A DNA stretch of 64,000 nucleotides from Capsulimonadales bacterium (GCA_033762295.1 JANRLW010000071.1:1-64000); one strand, 5' to 3'. Counted from the first letter of the stretch, positions 40,030-50,920 are shown. The notes: generated by a model not told the origin, from the letters alone. Program-made: numbers and translations.

Positions 40030-41328
40030 TTAGCCTGTTCCGTGTTCCGCCCGCATCGCTCGCAACCGCGATTTCGCCTCTTCGGCGCTGCCTCCTGCCT
40101 GATACTCCGGCAGCGTCTCCTCATACGCCAGTCGCTTCGCCGGCTTCTGTTCCCGGTAGAACGGTCGCTGCGAAATATTCAGCAGGATGCCGATTCCGAA
40201 CAGCGTCGGCACCAGCGACGACCCGCCGTACGAAATAAAGGGCAGCGGAATCCCGGTGGTCGGTATCGATGCCGTGACCACCCCGATGTTGAGCAGGGCG
40301 GGAATCACGATCATCGAGGTGACGCCGGTCGCCAGCAGGGAACCGAAGGGGTCCTTGGCCCGCTGGGCGATATGATACCCCCGGGCGGCCAGAAGCAGAA
40401 AACCGGACAGAACCCCCAGGGTTCCGACCAGGCCGAACTCCTCCCCGATGATGGCGAAGATAAAGTCGGTACGCTGCATCGGGAGATTGCCCAGACGCTT
40501 TTCGCGCGATTCGCCGAATCCGAGACCGGTCAGTCCGCCGGAGCCAAGCGCGACCGTGGAATGATAGATCTGGAACCCTTCGTTGCGCGGATCGGCGGAC
40601 GGGTTGGCGAAGGTCGTCAGACGTTTCCAGCGGTAGTTACTTTTCCCGCCGTGCGGCCAGACGATCATCAATCCGACCACGGTCGCCAGCGCCAGCGTGC
40701 CGAGAATCCATCGCGCCCTCGCCCCGGCGACATACAGCACGACCAGCGTCGTCAGGAGCATGGTGATGGCGGTTCCCATATCCGGCTCCCGCTCCACCAG
40801 GAAGACCGCCAGGAACGCGACCCCGGCCACCGGCAGCAATCCGCCCCAGAGGTCCCGCGCCGCCGACGGACGCGCCGCCAGCACCTTCGCCAGGTACAGC
40901 ACCAGCGCCAGCTTGGATAGTTCCGATGGCTGCATCTTGAACGGACCCCAGCCGATCCACCGCTGAGCGCCCAGCGCGCCATGCCCGAAAAAGTGCACCA
41001 GGATCAACAGGACGAAGGCGAAGATGAGGCCCGGCACGGCGACCCGCTGCCACCGGTGAAAGGGCACCGCCATGGCGAAAAACAGGCCGCAGAGGCCGAT
41101 CACGGCCGAGACGATCTGCCGCTTGACCCAGTACGCTCCGTCCTGATGCTTTTCAAAAGCATGCGGATAGGAGGCATCGAACACCATGACGATCCCGAAA
41201 CCGAGCAGAACGATCGTTACCAGAAACAGCCACCAGTCGGGCCGAAACGTCTTTTCCTCGCCCGACACCTTTCGGCCGGACACCCGCCCGTTCGCCGCCT
41301 TCCATTTTCCTGCCGTGACGACAGCCAT
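40030..41328 (-). CDS. ftsW: Peptidoglycan glycosyltransferase FtsW
   Basis: GAQRWI, QPSELSK, EPDMGT, TDFIFAIIGEE, LPFISYGGSS. Confidence 0.96.
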   Translation of the reverse strand: MAVVTAGKWKAANGRVSGRKVSGEEKTFRPDWWLFLVTIVLLGFGIVMVFDASYPHAFEKHQDGAYWVKRQIVSAVIGLCGLFFAMAVPFHRWQRVAVPGLIFAFVLLILVHFFGHGALGAQRWIGWGPFKMQPSELSKLALVLYLAKVLAARPSAARDLWGGLLPVAGVAFLAVFLVEREPDMGTAITMLLTTLVVLYVAGARARWILGTLALATVVGLMIVWPHGGKSNYRWKRLTTFANPSADPRNEGFQIYHSTVALGSGGLTGLGFGESREKRLGNLPMQRTDFIFAIIGEEFGLVGTLGVLSGFLLLAARGYHIAQRAKDPFGSLLATGVTSMIVIPALLNIGVVTASIPTTGIPLPFISYGGSSLVPTLFGIGILLNISQRPFYREQKPAKRLAYEETLPEYQAGGSAEEAKSRLRAMRAEHGTG

Positions 41329-41357
41329 TGAAACACCCCCTCACCGTTCTCCGTTTG

Positions 41358-42770
41358 TTACAATGCGCGGACCGCTTCGCGAAACACCTGTCCGCGCTCC
41401 TCAAACCCGCTGAACATATCGAAGCTGGCGCAGCCGGGGACGAGCATCACGGTATCGCCGTCCGCCGCCATTCCGGCCGCCTTCGCCGTCGCCTCGGCCA
41501 GCGTCGCCGCAAACGAATACTCCCCACCGCCCGCGTTTCGTATCGCCGCCGCGAACTCCTCCGCCGACCGACCGATCAGGATCGTATGGCGCGCACGTTC
41601 CGCCAGCGCCTGCCCGACCCCGCTCAGGTCGCCGCCTTTGTGAACGCCTCCGGAAATCGCGATCAGCGGGGTGGTCAACGCCGCCACCGACGCGATCAAT
41701 GCCGCCGGATTGGTACACATCGAGTTGTTGATATAGCGGACGCCGTTCACTTCGGCGACGAACTCCATCCGATGCGCCACCCCGCCGAACTCGCCCAGCG
41801 CCTTCGCGATGACCGGGATCGGATTGCCGATCGGCGTCGTTATCCCGACCGCCGCCATGATGTTGAGCAGGTTATGCCGCCCGGCGAGACGGATCGACTC
41901 GACCGGAGCTTCGATCCACCCCCCGCCGATGAGGGGGTTTTCGTACACCAGTCGGTGCGGTTCCAGCCGGTAAGTGCCGGTCCCGCGCGTACAGAAGCCG
42001 GTTCTTCCCTCCTCATCGACGCCGAAAATGGCGCGGACGCCCCGTCCGACGTCCCGCCCGTAGCGGAGAACGGCCTCATCCTCGCCGTTCAAAACCGCGA
42101 AATCCTCCTCCGTCTGAGCACGGAAGATGTGGGACTTGGCGCGCGCGTATTCATCCATGTCCTTATAGCGGTCGAGGTGATCCGCGCTCAGGTTCAGCCA
42201 GGCGGCGACCCGGGGCCGGAACCGTTCGACCCACTCCAGCTGGAACGACGAAACCTCCGCGACGATGACCCCGTCCTCCGGCGCCTCCATGGCCGCTTCG
42301 ATCAATGGCAGGCGTTTTCCGGCATCCTCGGCGATATTGCCCGCCACCCAGGTCTTGAGTCCGGATTCGCGGCAGATCGCGCCGACCAGTGCGGTCGTGG
42401 TCGTTTTGCCGTTGGTGCCGGTGATGGCGAGGATGGGCGCGCGCGCGAGCCGATAGGCGACCTCGATCTCGCCCAGAATCGGAACGCCCCGCCGCACCGC
42501 ATCAGTCAGCACGGGGGAATAGGCAGGGACTCCCGGCGACGGAACGATCAGGTCCGTCGCTGTGTCCGTCGTTTCGGTGTTCGGTCGGAAGGCGACCCCG
42601 TCGAGCGAACGCACCTCGGCAACTCGCGCGGCCTCCAGTCTCTCCTCCGGTTTTCCGTCGTAGACCGTGACGTTCGCTCCCTGCTGACGAAGGACTTTCG
42701 CGGTCGCCAGGCCGGTCGCCGCCAGCCCGATCACCGCGACGTTTCTCCCGGCGAATTCGTCCGTCCTCAT
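41358..42770 (-). CDS. murD: UDP-N-acetylmuramoyl-L-alanine--D-glutamate ligase
   Basis: SPGVP, ITGTNGKTTT, EVSSFQL, DHLDRY, ASFDMF..FEERG. Confidence 0.96.
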   Translation of the reverse strand: MRTDEFAGRNVAVIGLAATGLATAKVLRQQGANVTVYDGKPEERLEAARVAEVRSLDGVAFRPNTETTDTATDLIVPSPGVPAYSPVLTDAVRRGVPILGEIEVAYRLARAPILAITGTNGKTTTTALVGAICRESGLKTWVAGNIAEDAGKRLPLIEAAMEAPEDGVIVAEVSSFQLEWVERFRPRVAAWLNLSADHLDRYKDMDEYARAKSHIFRAQTEEDFAVLNGEDEAVLRYGRDVGRGVRAIFGVDEEGRTGFCTRGTGTYRLEPHRLVYENPLIGGGWIEAPVESIRLAGRHNLLNIMAAVGITTPIGNPIPVIAKALGEFGGVAHRMEFVAEVNGVRYINNSMCTNPAALIASVAALTTPLIAISGGVHKGGDLSGVGQALAERARHTILIGRSAEEFAAAIRNAGGGEYSFAATLAEATAKAAGMAADGDTVMLVPGCASFDMFSGFEERGQVFREAVRAL

Positions 42771-43888
42771 CGTCCGCTCTCCCCGGCGCGAACCCGATGC
42801 TCGGCATCCCGACCGATCCCTTCCGGCAGTTCGTGCGGTGTCAGCAGGCCGCAGACCATCAGACCGATCGCCCCGGCAATCAGGCTGACGACCCAGAAAC
42901 GGCCCACGACCTGCGTCTCGTGCCAGCCCAGTTCCTCGAAATGGTGGTGCAACGGCGCACGCCGGAAGACGCGGTTCGCCTTCGCGTAGTCGATCCCGAA
43001 ACGGATGCGCCGGTACTTGAAGACGTACCGCTGAATCATCATCGAGAGGATTTCCACGATGTAGACGACACCGACGATCAGGAAAAGCAGCTCCTGCTTC
43101 GCGGCCAGAACGGCGGACGCGATGCCCATTCCCAGGGCCAGCGAACCGGTGTCCCCCATGAATACCCGCGCCGGGTAGACGTTAAACCAGAGAAACCCCG
43201 CACAGGCCCCGGCGACGCTGCCGTAAAACAGACTCATCAGCGGAAATCCGCCCAGCCCCGGAAAAACCCAGCAGGCGATCGCAAGCGTGGTCGTGACGAT
43301 CAGGGTCGTTCCCGCCGCCAGTCCGTCCAGTCCGTCGGTGAAGTTGACCGCGTTCGCAAACCCCATGATGAAAAGGACCGCGAGCGGGTAAAACCAGAGA
43401 CCGATATCCCATCGGAGGTCGCCCACCTGAAAAACCGACACCGTCCCGGCCTGACCGATCAGGAAAAGCAGGGCGACGAACGCCAGCGAGACGACCAGTT
43501 GCATCACGAGTTTGGCTCGTTCGGACAGTCCCGCTTTGTTCTCCTTCTTTCGCGCCTTGCCCAGATCATCGAGGAATCCGATCACCCCCCCGCCGAGAAA
43601 GACGAAAAGGACGGCAAAGACATAAATCTTCTCCCGGGCGGAGATCAGCAAACCCGGCCGCCCCGTGAAGTAAAACGCGGTCTGCGCCAGTACCGAGACG
43701 GTGACCGCCGCCAGCAGCAGGACGCCCCCCATCGTCGGCGTTCCGTGCTTCAGACGATGCTTCTCCGGAGCGTCCGGCGAGATCGGCTGCACCGACTTTC
43801 GCGACCGAAGGAACGCGATCGTCGGCCCTCCCGCGACCAGAACGACGGCAAGCGCGACGAGAAACGAAATGGCGACCGGAAAGTACAT
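42767..43888 (-). CDS. mraY: Phospho-N-acetylmuramoyl-pentapeptide transferase
   Basis: GTPTMGG, NAVNFTDGLDGL, FMGDTGS, APLHHHFE. Confidence 0.98.
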   Translation of the reverse strand: MYFPVAISFLVALAVVLVAGGPTIAFLRSRKSVQPISPDAPEKHRLKHGTPTMGGVLLLAAVTVSVLAQTAFYFTGRPGLLISAREKIYVFAVLFVFLGGGVIGFLDDLGKARKKENKAGLSERAKLVMQLVVSLAFVALLFLIGQAGTVSVFQVGDLRWDIGLWFYPLAVLFIMGFANAVNFTDGLDGLAAGTTLIVTTTLAIACWVFPGLGGFPLMSLFYGSVAGACAGFLWFNVYPARVFMGDTGSLALGMGIASAVLAAKQELLFLIVGVVYIVEILSMMIQRYVFKYRRIRFGIDYAKANRVFRRAPLHHHFEELGWHETQVVGRFWVVSLIAGAIGLMVCGLLTPHELPEGIGRDAEHRVRAGESGR

Positions 43889-45325
43889 TTACGGAGCCGC
43901 CTCTTCCGGCGGAGCGTTTCCCGTGAGCGACCGAACGATCCCCTCCAGGGCCAGCGCACGGCTGCCCTTGACCAGCACGATATCGCCCGGCTGAATGATT
44001 TTCGGGACCAGTTCGACCGCTGTCTCGGTCGTTTCGAACGGATGGACTTTTTCCGGCGGGAATCCGGCGGCGATCGCCGCCGCCGTCAGTTTGGAGGTCA
44101 GTTCGCCGACGGTGATAAGAAAATCCGGCTTGATCCGGGCGGCCATTCGCCCGACCGACGCATGCGCCTCCGCGGCGTAGGGACCCAGTTCCCGCATCTC
44201 GCCCAGTACGGCGATCCGCTTCCCGCCCGGTCCGACCGGCATATCCCGGAGCGTCTCCAGAGCGCCGACCATGGAATCCGGAGCCGCATTGTACGCATCG
44301 GACAGGATGGTCGCGCCGTTCGCCGCCCGGACGATCTCCAGACGCATCGACGCCGGCTTCCATTCGAGGAGCGTACGGGCGATGCTGTCAAGCGGAATCC
44401 CCAGGTGTCCGCCGACCGCCACCGCGAACAGAGCGTTGAGAATGTTGAACCGCCCCGGCGACGGCAGAAACATCTTCTGCGTCCCCCACGGCGAATAGAC
44501 GGTGAACCGCCAGCCGTTTTCGTGGCGAGTCACCTTCGTCGCCTGCACTTCGGCGAACCCCTCGACCGCACAGGTCAGCGCGTCCTGCCCTTTGTACAGG
44601 GAACGCAGAAGACCCGCATAATCGTCTCCGGCCGGGTAGACCGCCAATCCGCCATCGGCGGGCAAGCAGGCGAACAGTTCTCCCTTGGCGCGCGCAATAT
44701 TCTCTCGCGAGCCGAGCAGTTCGATATGCGAAAGACCGATGCCGGTAACCACCCCGATGGTCGGCGCGGCGATTTCCGCCAGACGCTGGATCTGTCCCGC
44801 GCCGCGCATTCCCATCTCCAGGATGGCGGCGGTATGGTGCTCCTCAAGCGCGAACAGAGTATGAGGGACGCCGATTTCGTTGTTGAAATTCTCCGCGCTT
44901 TTATGGACGGAATACTTCGCCGCCAGCACGGTCGCCATCATCTCCTTGACGGTGGTCTTGCCGACGCTGCCGGTCACGCCGATCACCGGGCCGGAAAACC
45001 GGTCACGCACGTAGCGAGCGATATCGCCCAGGGCATGGGTGGTATCCGGGACGACGACATGGGGCAGGTGAGCCTCCTCCAGATGCAGGGCGCGGGCGAC
45101 GACCAGTCCGGCGGCTCCGGCGTCGCGGGCCGCCGCCAGGTAATCATGGGCGTCGTGCCGGTCCCCCCGAAGCGCGACGAACAGTGCGCCCGGTCGCAGG
45201 GTTCGGGTATCGGTCGATACCGACGTACAGACCTCCTCGCCGGAGGCCGGCCCGGTTTGCGGACCGTCCACCAGTCCGCCGCCCGTCACTTCGACAACCT
45301 CATCCAGAGTCAGATCGCGGATCAT
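43889..45325 (-). CDS. murF: UDP-N-acetylmuramoyl-tripeptide--D-Ala-D-Ala ligase
   Basis: TGSVGKTTVKE, NNEIGVP, DAYNAAPDSM, VLVKGSR. Confidence 0.96.
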   Translation of the reverse strand: MIRDLTLDEVVEVTGGGLVDGPQTGPASGEEVCTSVSTDTRTLRPGALFVALRGDRHDAHDYLAAARDAGAAGLVVARALHLEEAHLPHVVVPDTTHALGDIARYVRDRFSGPVIGVTGSVGKTTVKEMMATVLAAKYSVHKSAENFNNEIGVPHTLFALEEHHTAAILEMGMRGAGQIQRLAEIAAPTIGVVTGIGLSHIELLGSRENIARAKGELFACLPADGGLAVYPAGDDYAGLLRSLYKGQDALTCAVEGFAEVQATKVTRHENGWRFTVYSPWGTQKMFLPSPGRFNILNALFAVAVGGHLGIPLDSIARTLLEWKPASMRLEIVRAANGATILSDAYNAAPDSMVGALETLRDMPVGPGGKRIAVLGEMRELGPYAAEAHASVGRMAARIKPDFLITVGELTSKLTAAAIAAGFPPEKVHPFETTETAVELVPKIIQPGDIVLVKGSRALALEGIVRSLTGNAPPEEAAP

Positions 45326-46836
45326 ATGACGTTCCTTAGCTCCTCGCCCGCCACTTCGACATCGGAGAAATGAATGGTTTCGTCCCCGAGGATCTGATAA
45401 TCCTCATGTCCCTTCCCGGCAATGACCACCGTGTCTCCCGCCCGTGCGATGCCGACCGCCAGCGCGATCGCTTTGCGCCGGTCCGCTTCCCGGTACACGG
45501 TTCCCCCGACCGCCATCCCGGTAAAAATCTCGTCGATGATCGCTTCCGGTTCCTCCCGGCGCGGGTTATCGGAGGTGACGACGACGATATCGGCCAGACG
45601 GGTCGCAATCCCGCCCATGATCGGCCGTTTCGTTCGATCACGGTTACCGCCACACCCGAAAACCGCGATCAACCGCCCCGGCGTCAGCGGACGCGCCGAG
45701 GTCAGAACATTTTCCAGGCCGTCCGGGGTATGCGCATAGTCGACCAGCACCGCGAACTCCTGTCCGACCCGTACCGGTTCGAAACGCCCCGGCACCGGCG
45801 GACAGGTCGACAATCCCCGGGCGATCACCTCGACCGCCAGTCCGCGGGCGATTCCGTATCCGATCGCGGCCAGAGCGTTCTCGACATTGAACCGTCCGCC
45901 GAACGGCAGGTCGATCGGAACACGCCCGTTCGGCGTTTCGGCGACGAACCGGATCGCATCGATTGCAGGGTGGACCTCGGTCGCGCGAATATCCGCCGGT
46001 CCGTCGGTCGCATAGGTAATGGTCCGGTCGGCACGCGTGATGGTCGCGTAGTACCGGCCCGCATCCGATCCCACATTCAATACGGCGACGAATTTTTTCC
46101 CGTCCTCGCGGGCGGCGTCGGCATACTCGGTGAACAGCAGTCCCTTGGCGTCCCGGTACGCTTCCATGGTCCCGTGAAAATCGAGGTGGTCCTGTGTCAG
46201 GTTGGTAAACACGCCGACGTCATACGCGCAGCCGGTCACCCGCCCCGAAACCAGGGCGTGCGACGAGACCTCCATCACCGCCGAAACCGCGCCGGCCGCC
46301 CGCATCCCGGCAAACAGCCTTTGCAGGTCCGGGGCTTCCGGCGTCGTCCGGTCGTGCGGAATCGCTTCTCCGGCGACGGTCGCGCCCAGGGTGCCCACCG
46401 TTCCCGTCCTCTCTCCCGCCGCGCGCGCGATGCTGTCGATCATGCGCGTGACGGTCGTTTTCCCGTTGGTCCCCGTGACACCGGCCAGATACAGGGCGCG
46501 GGTCGGGAAATCGTAGAAGGCTCCGGCGATCGGCCCCAGGGCCGCCCGCACATTCGGAACGATGAGGGTCGGGACGGACGGAACCACCGTTTCGGCGACG
46601 CGGTCGGCCTGAATCACCACGGCGGCCGCGCCGCTCGCCACCGCCCGGTCAAGAAACGCATGGCCATCGAATCGCTCTCCGGGAACCGCCAGAAACAAAA
46701 AACCCGGCTCGACCGACCGGGAATCGTACGTCAGACCGGTAATCCTCGTTTCCCCGGTCCCGTCTTTCAGATACCCTTCCGGCGTCGCCCGTGCCAGTTC
46801 CTTCAACCCTTTGCTTCGGACCATCGCCCCATCCAT
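45322..46836 (-). CDS. murE: UDP-N-acetylmuramoyl-dipeptide--diamino acid ligase
   Basis: TGTNGKTT, MEVSSH, DYAHTPD, SDNPR, AGKGHE. Confidence 0.97.
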   Translation of the reverse strand: MDGAMVRSKGLKELARATPEGYLKDGTGETRITGLTYDSRSVEPGFLFLAVPGERFDGHAFLDRAVASGAAAVVIQADRVAETVVPSVPTLIVPNVRAALGPIAGAFYDFPTRALYLAGVTGTNGKTTVTRMIDSIARAAGERTGTVGTLGATVAGEAIPHDRTTPEAPDLQRLFAGMRAAGAVSAVMEVSSHALVSGRVTGCAYDVGVFTNLTQDHLDFHGTMEAYRDAKGLLFTEYADAAREDGKKFVAVLNVGSDAGRYYATITRADRTITYATDGPADIRATEVHPAIDAIRFVAETPNGRVPIDLPFGGRFNVENALAAIGYGIARGLAVEVIARGLSTCPPVPGRFEPVRVGQEFAVLVDYAHTPDGLENVLTSARPLTPGRLIAVFGCGGNRDRTKRPIMGGIATRLADIVVVTSDNPRREEPEAIIDEIFTGMAVGGTVYREADRRKAIALAVGIARAGDTVVIAGKGHEDYQILGDETIHFSDVEVAGEELRNVI

Positions 46837-46920
46837 CGTACGTCGCCCCTTCACCGAGATTAAACCACATTCGGCCGTCGCCCGAAGGGATATGCCAGAC
46901 CGTCTCCGGTTGGAGCATTC

Positions 46921-48843
46921 TCAATCGCTGGCAGCCGTCGCCACGGATTTCTTGTCGTCGCGCAACACCCCGTCTCTCGGAACCCGCCAGGCGAGCAACG
47001 CCTTTTCGGCGATCTCCTTGAACACCGGACCGGCTACCGCGCCACCGTAATGGATCCCGCCCTTCGGCTTGCTGACCGAGACGGCGATGACGAAACGGGG
47101 TTTTTCAACCGGCGCGATTCCGATGAAGGAGGAGATAAACTCGTCCGGGCTGTAGCCTCGTCCGCCGGTCCGGGCGACCTGCGCGGTGGCGGTCTTCCCG
47201 CCCGCCGTATATCCATCGAGTCGGGCGGGCTTTCCGGTGCCGACCTCCATCGCCGCCAGGAGCATTTTTCGAACGGTCCGGGCCGTCCGGGGGGAGATCA
47301 CCTGCCGTCCCTCCTCCACCTTCCGGAGTTCGGTCTGTCCTACCTCGTCACGAATGCCCCGGACGATTCGCGGCCTCCGATACATCCCATCGTTGGCGAT
47401 CGCGCCGTATGCGGCGGCCATCTGAATGGCGTTCACGGTCATTCCCTGACCGAAGGCGATATTCGCCCAGCGGATGTCGGACCATTTTTCGGGCGCTTCG
47501 AGCACGCCGGGTTCCTCGCCCGGCAGACCGCTCTTTGGCCGCTCTCCGAATCCGAACTTCCGCAGATAGTGGTATAACCGGGTTTGTCCCAGTCCGAAGC
47601 CGATCTCCGCCGTCCCGATATTGCACGAATTGGCCAGCACGGTCGTCACGTCCTGATTTCGATGTTTCTGGCCGTCGTGGCAGTGAATCGTTCTTCGCCC
47701 GATCCGCCTGGACCAGTTACAGAAAAAATGACTCTCCGGAGTAATCTTCCCCTCTTCCAGGGCGGCAGCGATCGTAAAGACCTTCATCGTCGAACCGGGT
47801 TCGAATGTGGCGGTGACGGCCCGGTTCATACGGGCCACGCTATCGGATTTTTCCCAGTGATTGATATCGAAGGTCGGATAGTTCGCCAGGGCGAGAATAT
47901 CGCCGGTCGCAGGGTCCAGAACGACCGCCGTCGCCGCTTCCGCTCTGGCGGCGAGAAACGCTTTGCCCAATGCTTCCTGCACGGTGTGCTGAAGGTCGGC
48001 ATCCAGGGTCAGGACAAAGTTCGTGCCGTGCTGGGGCGGCCGATGGTTGCGAATCGTTCCCGGAATCATTCCACGCGAGTCGAACTCCGCCTGCAGTTCG
48101 CCGGGACGGCCCTTCAACGAGTAGGTCGGTCCGTGCTGGAGCGCGGACTCCAGTCCTTCCAGCCCTTCTCCGTCCGTACCGGTGATCCCGACGACCTGAG
48201 GGGCCAGATCGCCCAGAACCGCCGAACGGCGAACGGCGGGTCGAACGCCGGCTCCCAGAATCTGCTGCTGCTTGATCCGCTCACCGAGTTTTTCAGGCAT
48301 CTCCCGGGCGATGACGATGGTCCGGTAGGACCCGGTCGACCCTTTTACGATGCCCCGTTTCTCGACGATTCCCCGAACATCGATACCCGGCAGCAGCGCC
48401 GACAGACGCTCGATGGCGCTTCGCTTCAGCGTTTCCGCCGTCTCGTCACTGGCGCGCGCGGCGAACCAGAGGTTGGGGTCGAGGACGATGTCGCAGACCG
48501 GCTCGTTACGAACCAGCGGATTGCCGTAGCGATCCAGCATTTCGCCGCGTCGCGCCGGCAATTCCACGGTACGCGACCGCAGTTCCCGCGCTTCCCTGAC
48601 GAAATCGTTCCGTTTCACGACCTGGAGGTAGACGAGTCGGGCGGCCAAGGCGGCGTGCGCCAGCGCCAGCAACAGGAAAATGGGCAGAACCCGTTCCTGG
48701 ACCACCACTCCCGTCGTTTCGCGGGCGGCGACCCGGGCGTTCTCCCGTGCCGCGGCGTGAAGCGCATTGAGAGCCGGGTTCGGACGGCGTCCACGGGTGT
48801 ACGCGCCGGGGCCGTTCGGCTTCGTCGTTCGAATCGTCGCCAT
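46921..48843 (-). CDS. ftsI: Class B penicillin-binding protein FtsI
   Basis: RG...DR.G, EPGSTMK (SxxK), SCN (SxN), GKTATAQ (KTG variant). Confidence 0.93.
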   Translation of the reverse strand: MATIRTTKPNGPGAYTRGRRPNPALNALHAAARENARVAARETTGVVVQERVLPIFLLLALAHAALAARLVYLQVVKRNDFVREARELRSRTVELPARRGEMLDRYGNPLVRNEPVCDIVLDPNLWFAARASDETAETLKRSAIERLSALLPGIDVRGIVEKRGIVKGSTGSYRTIVIAREMPEKLGERIKQQQILGAGVRPAVRRSAVLGDLAPQVVGITGTDGEGLEGLESALQHGPTYSLKGRPGELQAEFDSRGMIPGTIRNHRPPQHGTNFVLTLDADLQHTVQEALGKAFLAARAEAATAVVLDPATGDILALANYPTFDINHWEKSDSVARMNRAVTATFEPGSTMKVFTIAAALEEGKITPESHFFCNWSRRIGRRTIHCHDGQKHRNQDVTTVLANSCNIGTAEIGFGLGQTRLYHYLRKFGFGERPKSGLPGEEPGVLEAPEKWSDIRWANIAFGQGMTVNAIQMAAAYGAIANDGMYRRPRIVRGIRDEVGQTELRKVEEGRQVISPRTARTVRKMLLAAMEVGTGKPARLDGYTAGGKTATAQVARTGGRGYSPDEFISSFIGIAPVEKPRFVIAVSVSKPKGGIHYGGAVAGPVFKEIAEKALLAWRVPRDGVLRDDKKSVATAASD

Positions 48844-49385
48844 CAGGGAACTACCTCGTCCGAGCCCGCATCCGCTCCGGTGTTCGAGTCATCGGTCGCC
48901 AGCATCCGGACCGTTCCCGGGGTTTGCGGCACCAGCCCCATCTTCCGCGCCAGTTCGGCGATGCGTTCCAGGGATTGATGCTCGGAAATGGACGCCTGTA
49001 GCGCGTTCCCGCGCTTCTCCGCCTCGGCGATTTCCCGATGGAGCCGTTTGATCGCAAACCCCTCGGCGGTGACCCGGGCGTACGCGGCAACGTAACAGCA
49101 GAGCAGGGAAACGATGAAGGAAGCGAGCAGGACGGCCAGCATTTCGCGACCGACCGCGCGGTTGGCGGGTCGGGAGACGGCGGGGGTTCGTTTTGCGCCA
49201 AGGACTCGATTGGCTCGATTGGCCGGAACGACCGCGTTTCCGGCCATTCGCGAGGCGTGCGCCCGCGCCTGGGAAGCGTCAGGGGGGGCCGGGGACCCCA
49301 CCGACGTCCGTGGAGCGGGCATCGCCCGCGCCCTGGTCGCTCGTGCCGGAGGCACCATTCCCGGTTCGGCCATCATCCGCGCCAT
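48843..49385 (-). CDS. ftsL: Cell division protein FtsL-like with a long N-terminal extension
   Basis: TM helix, coiled coil, SLERIAELARKMGL; lies between rsmH and ftsI; aagga SD. Confidence 0.78.
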   Translation of the reverse strand: MARMMAEPGMVPPARATRARAMPAPRTSVGSPAPPDASQARAHASRMAGNAVVPANRANRVLGAKRTPAVSRPANRAVGREMLAVLLASFIVSLLCCYVAAYARVTAEGFAIKRLHREIAEAEKRGNALQASISEHQSLERIAELARKMGLVPQTPGTVRMLATDDSNTGADAGSDEVVP

Positions 49386-49479
49386 ATTTCGTTCCTTACC
49401 TGTGTCCTGTTCGGTATCGTTCGGTATCGTTCGGTCATCCGACCTCGGGCGTTCGTGTCCCGGACGCTGTCCGAACGCG

Positions 49480-50427
49480 TTATGGCTCGCTCCCGATTCG
49501 TTCTGCGACACGCAGTTTCGCGCTTCGGGCGCGGGGATTGGACCGCACTTCCTCCTCCGTCGGGGTAATGGGTTTTCGAGTCACCGGCATCAGGATCGGC
49601 GGCGGCAACGGTTGTGGCGAGGGCAGGTCGGATTCGACCCGTTTGCCCGCCAGTTCCGCCATCACCTTCTTGACGATGCGATCCTCCAGCGAATGGTAGG
49701 AGATCACCGCCAGTCGCCCTCCGGCCGCCAGTCGCCCGGCCGCCGCCCGTAAGGCGCCTTCCAGAATGTCCAGTTCCCGATTCACGGCGATGCGAACCGC
49801 CTGAAAAACCTTCGTCGCCGGGTGGATCTCTCCCGGTCGGGTCCGGAACGGCATCGCCGCCCGTACCGCATCGGTCAGATCCTCCGTCGTCTCCAGCGGA
49901 CGAACGGCCCGCCGCCGGACGATCTCCGCGGCGATCCGCTTTCCTCTGGGTTCCTCCCCGAACTCAAACAGGATTCGTGCGATCTCCGCTTCCGGCAGGC
50001 GGTTCAGCAGTTCGGCGGCGGTTTCCCCGCCGGCCGTTCCCGCCATTCTCATATCCAGGGGTCCGACGTATCGAATCGCGAACCCCCGCTCCGGCGTATC
50101 CAATTGGTGCGACGAAACCCCCAGATCGAAGAGCGCTCCGTCCACCGTTCGTAACCCATCCCCGTCCATCGCTTCGCTCAAATCGGCGAAGTTTACCTGA
50201 TGCAATCGAATTTCGGTCTCATCCACCACATCGAGCGTCTTTCGCGCTTCTGCGAGCGCTTCCGCGTCCTGGTCCAGTCCGATCAACAGCCCGCCCGGAG
50301 CGATCCGCTGAGCGATCGCTCGTGCATGGCCCCCGCCACCCAGCGTGGCATCCAGGATTCGCTTTCCCGGCGCGAGTCGGAGTGCGTCCGTCACTTCGTT
50401 CAACAACGCCGGTACGTGATACGTCAT
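49480..50427 (-). CDS. rsmH: 16S rRNA m4C1402 methyltransferase RsmH (MraW)
   Basis: HVP.L..E, DATLGGGGH, DLGVSSHQLD, SYHSLEDR, NPRARSAKLR. Confidence 0.98.
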   Translation of the reverse strand: MTYHVPALLNEVTDALRLAPGKRILDATLGGGGHARAIAQRIAPGGLLIGLDQDAEALAEARKTLDVVDETEIRLHQVNFADLSEAMDGDGLRTVDGALFDLGVSSHQLDTPERGFAIRYVGPLDMRMAGTAGGETAAELLNRLPEAEIARILFEFGEEPRGKRIAAEIVRRRAVRPLETTEDLTDAVRAAMPFRTRPGEIHPATKVFQAVRIAVNRELDILEGALRAAAGRLAAGGRLAVISYHSLEDRIVKKVMAELAGKRVESDLPSPQPLPPPILMPVTRKPITPTEEEVRSNPRARSAKLRVAERIGSEP

Positions 50428-50434
50428 CTCCCGC

Positions 50435-50866
50435 TTACTTTCCGAGTCCGACTTCCGCCGCGGATCGAGCGATCAGTTCGTCGCTCAAGCTGGCATTAAA
50501 CGCATCCCAACCGGCCCGCGACCAGATCTCGATCCGACTCCCGGCCCCGACGATGACGACCTCCTCGACGATGCCGGCGAACTCCCGGAGGTTGCCGGGA
50601 ATCGCGACCCGTCCCTGATTATCCACCTGTGTCTCCAGCGCCTCCGCCGACAGCCAGCGTTGAAGAAGGATCGTATGCCGATCCAGCGCCGGTTGCGCCT
50701 GCAGTTTCTTTTCCATTTCGACAAAATCGTCCTCGCGGAAAACGAAGAGACATTTGTCTAATCCTTTGGTGATGATGAAGGTATTGCCAAGTTCATTTCG
50801 GAAACGCAAGGGAATAATGACTCGTCCCTTGTCATCGACCGAATGGTAGTGCGCCCCACGAAACAC
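50435..50866 (-). CDS. mraZ: Transcriptional regulator MraZ
   Basis: MFRG...HSVDDKGR, DNQGRV.IP, IEIW. Confidence 0.98.
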   Translation of the reverse strand: MFRGAHYHSVDDKGRVIIPLRFRNELGNTFIITKGLDKCLFVFREDDFVEMEKKLQAQPALDRHTILLQRWLSAEALETQVDNQGRVAIPGNLREFAGIVEEVVIVGAGSRIEIWSRAGWDAFNASLSDELIARSAAEVGLGK

Positions 50867-50920
50867 GCTTTAACGCTCTCCCCGGGGCCGTAATCCACTC
50901 GCCACCCCGAACCCTCCACC

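Noticed and set aside
42797..45373. 858-aa plus-strand ORF and similar long ORFs across the dcw and lpx clusters
   Set aside because: Antisense to mraY/murF and other core genes; expected in high-GC DNA
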